This document shows positions 59,036 to 64,000 of a DNA stretch of 64,000 bases, piece by piece. Below the pieces are notes generated by a model. That model was not told the DNA's origin and searched no databases. It saw nothing but the letters and a program-made list of their open reading frames with translations. This stretch comes from Candidatus Norongarragalinales archaeon (GTDB lineage: Archaea; Micrarchaeota; Micrarchaeia; Norongarragalinales; Norongarragalinaceae): assembly GCA_038884755.1 (NCBI GenBank), contig JAWABJ010000001.1, positions 636,953-700,952 on the forward strand, in the 5' to 3' direction. The stretch's first letter is position 1, and each line of letters starts with the position of its first letter. Made by a program: the position numbers and the translations under genes.

Positions 59036-59749
59036 TTAGTTTGAAGCGCGGAGTTTTAAGAGCGTTGCGAACATTTTCAGCGCGGTTTTCAGCCCGTTGG
59101 CGTAGGTTATGGTCCCGCCTTCGCGCATGTGCCACTCCACCGGAATTTCCTCAACTCGCAAGCCTAGTTTTTTCGCCTGGAAAAGCATGTCTACGTCCCA
59201 AACGAAATTCGACGTCCTGATTCTCGGCAAGAGCTTTTCCAAAGCGCTTTTCCTGAATGCCTTGAAGCCGCATTGCGTATCCGCGTAAGGAAGCCCGAAC
59301 AAGAGTCTTTCCAACATATTGAAAGCTTTGGCTGCAAGCAGCCTGCCTGCCGGAATCTCGGTTTTAGAAGACGGCATATAGCGGGAGGCGATTGCAATGT
59401 CGCTTTTCTCCAACGCCTTCAGCAATTTCGGCATTTCCTTTGCGGGAACGGAATAATCGGCATCCATAAAGAAAACCATGTCCGCCTTCGCATGCGCCAG
59501 ACCCTCGTTCAGCGCGCCGCCTTTTCCCAGCCTGCGTTTGAAAACCAAAAGCTTGATTTTTCCCGCCGCATCGAGCGAATTGGCGCGCGCGAACTTTTTC
59601 GCTACAGACGGCGTCGAGTCCGTGCCGTCGAAAACTATCAACACTTCGAAATCCCACTTTGCTTGCTTCAAAAAACCTATCAAGCCTTCTAGGGTTTGGA
59701 GAATGCGTTTTTCCTCGTTGTAAGCCGGAATCACGATTGAAATCTTCAA
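59036..59749 (-). CDS. family 2 glycosyltransferase (dolichyl-phosphate sugar synthase-like)
   Basis: VIPAYNEE, DxD (MDAD) motifs. Confidence 0.8.
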   Translation of the reverse strand: MKISIVIPAYNEEKRILQTLEGLIGFLKQAKWDFEVLIVFDGTDSTPSVAKKFARANSLDAAGKIKLLVFKRRLGKGGALNEGLAHAKADMVFFMDADYSVPAKEMPKLLKALEKSDIAIASRYMPSSKTEIPAGRLLAAKAFNMLERLLFGLPYADTQCGFKAFRKSALEKLLPRIRTSNFVWDVDMLFQAKKLGLRVEEIPVEWHMREGGTITYANGLKTALKMFATLLKLRASN

Positions 59750-59759
59750 GCCAACACCA

Positions 59760-61214
59760 TCACAACGCCTGCTCTAGTGGCGGGAGTTTCGCGAATGAAG
59801 GCATCGCGCTTTCGAACAAGGCGTAAACGCGCTCCAAATCCCCTCGCGTTTTGCCTTCGAACCTGGCGCTCAACAGAGGTTCGGTAAGCGAAGCGCGCAC
59901 CAGCCCCCACGCCTTTTCATCTTGATACTTTACGCCATCCGAAGTCAAAAGCCTTAACTTTCTCGCTTTCAAAGCCTTCTCTGCCTGTGCGACGGCCTCG
60001 AACTTGCGTGCACAAGGAATGCGCAGCTCGCGCGTCGCGTGATAGCGTTTTACGGTCGCCACAAGTTGCGATGCGCGTTTTCCGCTTTTGCGCAGGATTT
60101 CGCAGAATTTTGCGCTCGCAAAAATACCATCGTCAAAGCCGTTGTTGTCGGCAAAACAAACGTGCCCGGTAGTTTCACACGCGAAAACCGCGCCCTTGCG
60201 CATCGACTCGCGGACGGCAATGCGCCCCGCGTTCGTCTCAACCGCCTTTCCGCCGAGTTTTTCTATTTCCTCCCGCACCACCATCGAGCAGCGCAGTTCA
60301 AACCCCACCGAGCCACCCTTTTTTTTCGGAAGAACATCGCGGATGAACAGCACGTTTGCTTCGTCGCTTTTGATTACGCCTCCTCGCTCGTCTACGAAAA
60401 CCGCCCGGTCGCCGTCCCCGTCGAACGCCACGCCCAAATCGGCGTTCTCCGCAACAACGCGTTTTTGCAAATCGCGAACGTTCTCTGGCTTCGACGGGTC
60501 TGGCAAGTGGTTTGGAAAACGCCCGTCAGGCTCGCAGTACAAGGGAATTACTTTTGCACCGAGTTTTCGCAGCAAGCGCACTCCGACTTCGCCGACGACA
60601 CCGTTCCCACCGTCAACGACTATCTTCAAACCGCCAAGCTCGGAATTTTTCGACGCTGCAAAACGCAAGTATTCGTCCAAAACGTTTTTTCCGTGCACTT
60701 TGCCGTACGCAAGCCTCGGCTTTTCCGCGAACTTTTTCGACTCAAAAATTTTTTTTACCGCGAGCAACTGCCTCGAGCTCAACGGCCAGATGCCGGAAAG
60801 CATTTTCACGCCGTTGTACTGCGGGGGGTTGTGGGAAGCGGTTATAACTGCAGCCCCGTCGGTCTTCAGCGCGAAAGCTGCAAAGTAAGCGACCGGCGAA
60901 GGCACGACGCCCACTTCGAAAACAGTGCAGCCGGTGGAACGCAACCCCCCAACGAACGCCTTGAACAGCGAAGGCGACGAAAGCCGGTTGTCCCGCCCGC
61001 ACGCTAATCGCGGATTTCGGGTTTTGCCCGCGGCGGTTTCCTTGAGCATGAAAGTACCGAACGCCTTTCCCAAGTCCAAAGCCCGTTTTTCGTCGAAGTT
61101 TTCGCCGTAAACGCCGCGCACGTCGTAACCGCCGAAAATCCCTTCCACCACAACACCTGCCGTAAGACTAAACGCGTCCTTTCTTAAAAACGCGTAAAAC
61201 TGTTTCACCCGCAA
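59760..61214 (-). CDS. phosphoglucomutase/phosphomannomutase
   Basis: Active-site loop TASHNP, Mg loop DGDGDR, sugar-binding and phosphate-binding motifs. Confidence 0.85.
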   Translation of the reverse strand: MRVKQFYAFLRKDAFSLTAGVVVEGIFGGYDVRGVYGENFDEKRALDLGKAFGTFMLKETAAGKTRNPRLACGRDNRLSSPSLFKAFVGGLRSTGCTVFEVGVVPSPVAYFAAFALKTDGAAVITASHNPPQYNGVKMLSGIWPLSSRQLLAVKKIFESKKFAEKPRLAYGKVHGKNVLDEYLRFAASKNSELGGLKIVVDGGNGVVGEVGVRLLRKLGAKVIPLYCEPDGRFPNHLPDPSKPENVRDLQKRVVAENADLGVAFDGDGDRAVFVDERGGVIKSDEANVLFIRDVLPKKKGGSVGFELRCSMVVREEIEKLGGKAVETNAGRIAVRESMRKGAVFACETTGHVCFADNNGFDDGIFASAKFCEILRKSGKRASQLVATVKRYHATRELRIPCARKFEAVAQAEKALKARKLRLLTSDGVKYQDEKAWGLVRASLTEPLLSARFEGKTRGDLERVYALFESAMPSFAKLPPLEQAL

Positions 61215-61268
61215 CGATTAAAAAGGTAATACTTCGTAATACTTTCCTTCGTTTTTGGCGGGATTGTA

Positions 61269-61973
61269 ATGCTTACCAGAATCAGTCTTACCATGGAAAA
61301 AGAGCTGTTGGGGCGCATAGACGCGCTGGTCGACGGCGAAACCATGAAAAACCGCTCGCAAACGGTTTCCCTGCTCTTGCGCAACGCCTTGAAGGGCATG
61401 AGCGTGGGCAAGGCGCTCGTGCTTGCCGGAAAAAACAATTTCCTTTTAGATAAAATCCTCGGTTGGCTTAAGAAAAACGGGATTACCGAAGTGGTTATAG
61501 CAGTCGGGAAGGACGAGAACTTGAGAAGGAAGCTCGAAAGCTGGGAGAAGGGAATGAACAAGGAATATTCTTTCGACGAGAATAAAGGAACTGCGAACGC
61601 AATCAAGAAAGCAAAACACTTTTTGAAAGAACCGTTTTTGCTTTGCTATTCCGACGTGTTTTGCGAAGACTTGGTTTTGAAAGACTTGCTTTCGTTCCAC
61701 AACATACAGAAAGCCAAGTGCACGCTTGTTTTGACGTGGAGCAAGCAGCCGAGCAAGTACGGCGTCGCGAAAATGCTGGGCGCGAAAATAATCGACTTCG
61801 AGGAAAAGCCCTCCAGCGCCGAAGGGTTTTTGATAAACGCCGGCGTCGCAGTGTGCAATCCAGAAGTTTTCGACTCGCTCGAAGAGCCGAGCTTCGAGAA
61901 AAACGCCTTGCCCGCGATGGCCGCGCAGGGAAGCCTTTCTGGATACGTGTATTACGGAAAATGGGTTCACTGA
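61269..61973 (+). CDS. sugar-phosphate nucleotidyltransferase with N-terminal ribbon-helix-helix (CopG-like) extension
   Basis: First ~42 aa look like an RHH domain; remainder NTP_transferase (KALVLAGKNN...). Confidence 0.55.
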   Translation: MLTRISLTMEKELLGRIDALVDGETMKNRSQTVSLLLRNALKGMSVGKALVLAGKNNFLLDKILGWLKKNGITEVVIAVGKDENLRRKLESWEKGMNKEYSFDENKGTANAIKKAKHFLKEPFLLCYSDVFCEDLVLKDLLSFHNIQKAKCTLVLTWSKQPSKYGVAKMLGAKIIDFEEKPSSAEGFLINAGVAVCNPEVFDSLEEPSFEKNALPAMAAQGSLSGYVYYGKWVH

Positions 61974-61999
61974 AAAAGCAGTAACGGGGTGGGAAAAAA

Positions 62000-63004
62000 A
62001 TGCCTTTGGTGCCGATGAAGCAGATTTTGGACGAAGCCGCGAAGGGAAAGTACGGTGTTCCGCACTTCAACGTCAACAACATGGAACAGGCGCAGGCGAT
62101 AATGCGGGCTGCGGATGAAGTTTCTTCTCCGGTAATAATGGCAGCCTCGCGTGGCGCGTTGAAATACACCGACTTGATTTTCATAAAACACCTGATGCTA
62201 GCATGCATAGAGAAATACCCGAAATTGCCCGTGTCAATGCACTTGGACCACGGCAACAACCTCGAATCCGTGAAAACCGCGATTTCGCTGGGCTTCACTT
62301 CCGTGATGATTGACGGCTCGCTCAAGGAAGACGCGAAAACCCCGACTTCGTTTGAAGAAAACGTGAGGGTAACGCGCGAGTGCGTGGACTACGCGCACAA
62401 GTTCGGCGTCACGGTAGAAGGAGAGTTGGGAACGCTCGGCGGGATAGAAGATGGCGTGGGTTCGGGGCAGGCGCGCTTGACCGACCCGGGACAGGTTAAA
62501 GAATTTTTGGAGCGCACGGGGGTTGACGCGTTGGCTGTCGCAATAGGCACTTCACACGGCGCTTACAAATTCAAGATCAAGCCCGACCCGGACAAGAATC
62601 TGCTCGCGATGGACGTCATCCGAAAAATCCACTCGCTATGCCCAGATTTGCACATGGTAATGCACGGTTCTTCATCAGTCCCACAAGAGCTTTTGGACGT
62701 GATCAACAAATACGGAGGAAAAATACCGCCCACGTACGGCGTTCCATTGTGGGCGATAAAGGAAGGCATTGCAGCGGGAGTGCGAAAGATAAACGTCGAC
62801 ACCGACTTGCGCCTGGCTTCTACCGGCGCCATAAGAAAATTCATGTGGGAAAATCCCGAGAAGTTTGACCCGCGCGAGTACTTGGGGCCGGCGAGGGAAG
62901 CCATGCAAGGGGTGGTGAGGGAAAGGTTTATCGCCTTTGGTTCTGCAGGACACGCGTTTGACTACTCTCCCGCTTCGCTGGAAGACATGAAAAAAATTTA
63001 CTAA
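62000..63004 (+). CDS. fba: class II fructose-bisphosphate aldolase
   Basis: Class II FBA motifs (HLDHG, zinc ligands), 334 aa. Confidence 0.85.
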   Translation: MPLVPMKQILDEAAKGKYGVPHFNVNNMEQAQAIMRAADEVSSPVIMAASRGALKYTDLIFIKHLMLACIEKYPKLPVSMHLDHGNNLESVKTAISLGFTSVMIDGSLKEDAKTPTSFEENVRVTRECVDYAHKFGVTVEGELGTLGGIEDGVGSGQARLTDPGQVKEFLERTGVDALAVAIGTSHGAYKFKIKPDPDKNLLAMDVIRKIHSLCPDLHMVMHGSSSVPQELLDVINKYGGKIPPTYGVPLWAIKEGIAAGVRKINVDTDLRLASTGAIRKFMWENPEKFDPREYLGPAREAMQGVVRERFIAFGSAGHAFDYSPASLEDMKKIY

Positions 63005-63020
63005 GCGCAGGTGTTGAAAA

Positions 63021-63989
63021 ATGGTTGACAGGAACTTGTCTTTGGATTTCGTGCGCGTTACCGAAAGCGCTGCAATTGCCAGTGCGCGGTGGACGGGCTT
63101 GGGCGACAACCACGCTGCCGACAAGGCGGCTACCGAACACATGCGCGCGCGCTTGAACAACATAGATTTCAAAGGGAGGATAGTGATAGGTGAAGGCGAG
63201 AGGGATGAAGCGCCAATGCTTTACATTGGCGAAACAGTTGGGAACGGCAACGGCGGGGAGTTTGACTTGGCAGTCGACCCGTTGGAAGGAACAAACTTAG
63301 TTGCCAAAGGCTGGAGCAACGCTTCGAGCGTGCTGGCGGCTGGAAAGAAAGGGGGTTTGCTGCACGCGCCCGACACGTACATGGACAAAATAGCTTGCGG
63401 GCCGGAAGCCGCGGGAAAAGTAGATTTGGATTACGCGCCTGAAGAAAACATCCGCATAGTCGCCGAATCCCTGGGAAAAAAGAAGAACGAAGTGACGGTC
63501 GCGATGATGGACCGCGACAGGCATTTGGATTTGATGAAGAAAGTGCGCGGCGCTGGCGCGAAAATACGGCTTATTACCGACGGCGACCTTTCGGCCGCGC
63601 TTGCGACTGCAATGCCGGAGCACGGGATTGACTTGCTTTTGGGCATAGGCGGCGCGCCCGAAGGCGTGATTTCCGCCGCTGGAATGAAATGCCTTGGCGG
63701 GTGGTTTCAAGGGCGCTTGAAGTACAGGAACGAAGAGGAGAGAAAGCGCGGAGGGAAAATGGACATCGACGAAAGCAAGAAATTCTCGATGGAAGAACTG
63801 GCCAAGGGGGAAGTGCTTTTCGCAGCTACAGGCGTGACCGAAGGCTACATGCTCAAGGGCGTGCGTTTCGACGCAAAACACATTTACACTCACTCGCTGG
63901 TAATGCGTTCGAAAAGCAAGACTGTTAGGTTCATTGAAGCGCTGCACGACAGCGAAGTGCAAAGGGGCTTCGAAGGTGAAAAGAAATGA
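63021..63989 (+). CDS. glpX: class II fructose-1,6-bisphosphatase (GlpX)
   Basis: GlpX motifs (VIGEGERDEAPMLYIGE..., DPLEGT). Confidence 0.85.
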   Translation: MVDRNLSLDFVRVTESAAIASARWTGLGDNHAADKAATEHMRARLNNIDFKGRIVIGEGERDEAPMLYIGETVGNGNGGEFDLAVDPLEGTNLVAKGWSNASSVLAAGKKGGLLHAPDTYMDKIACGPEAAGKVDLDYAPEENIRIVAESLGKKKNEVTVAMMDRDRHLDLMKKVRGAGAKIRLITDGDLSAALATAMPEHGIDLLLGIGGAPEGVISAAGMKCLGGWFQGRLKYRNEEERKRGGKMDIDESKKFSMEELAKGEVLFAATGVTEGYMLKGVRFDAKHIYTHSLVMRSKSKTVRFIEALHDSEVQRGFEGEKK

Positions 63990-64000
63990 AAGCGGTGATA

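Overview
This 64-kb window is from an archaeal genome of roughly 50-52% GC. Archaeal identity rests on aIF2-gamma, RpoE'/Spt4, S24e/S27ae/L41e, Kae1-Bud32, the thermosome, Hel308, CDP-archaeol synthase, geranylgeranyl reductase, PbaA and archaeal-type SecDF. It also carries bacterial-type adk, class II fba, glpX, msrA and DUF1801 genes, and cannot be assigned to a lineage from sequence alone. Most of the window is ordinary translation, lipid and central-metabolism genes plus nine tRNA genes, five of them with introns, several at non-canonical positions. The striking region is 40.5-50.7 kb: a low-GC restriction-modification-like module (m4C/m6A methyltransferase, small nuclease, DndB-like DGQHR protein) abuts a 16S-tRNAAla-23S operon on the minus strand that is interrupted by at least five insertions. 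Two of them (23S ~L1917 with a single-motif LAGLIDADG ORF, and a 216-nt ORF-less copy near the 16S 3' end, ~S1506) have the hallmarks of group I introns. Two others (16S ~S919, 23S ~L2593) are archaeal bulge-helix-bulge-type introns with double-motif LAGLIDADG ORFs, and they share a 17-nt promoter-like module with the methyltransferase gene. A palindromic TTTCTTTC-N3-5-GAAAGAAA hairpin family is scattered through rRNA insertions, tRNA introns, the ITS and the RNase P RNA. The window also holds an RNase P RNA, a textbook-geometry C/D box sRNA candidate, a Tyr-rich secreted peptide next to an archaeosortase-like gene, a pilus-like FlaI/FlaJ module and a frameshifted RelE/ParE toxin. CDS coordinates follow the supplied ORF track, with starts moved where the track's N-terminus is implausible. 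RNA coordinates were read by hand and carry a few-nt uncertainty.
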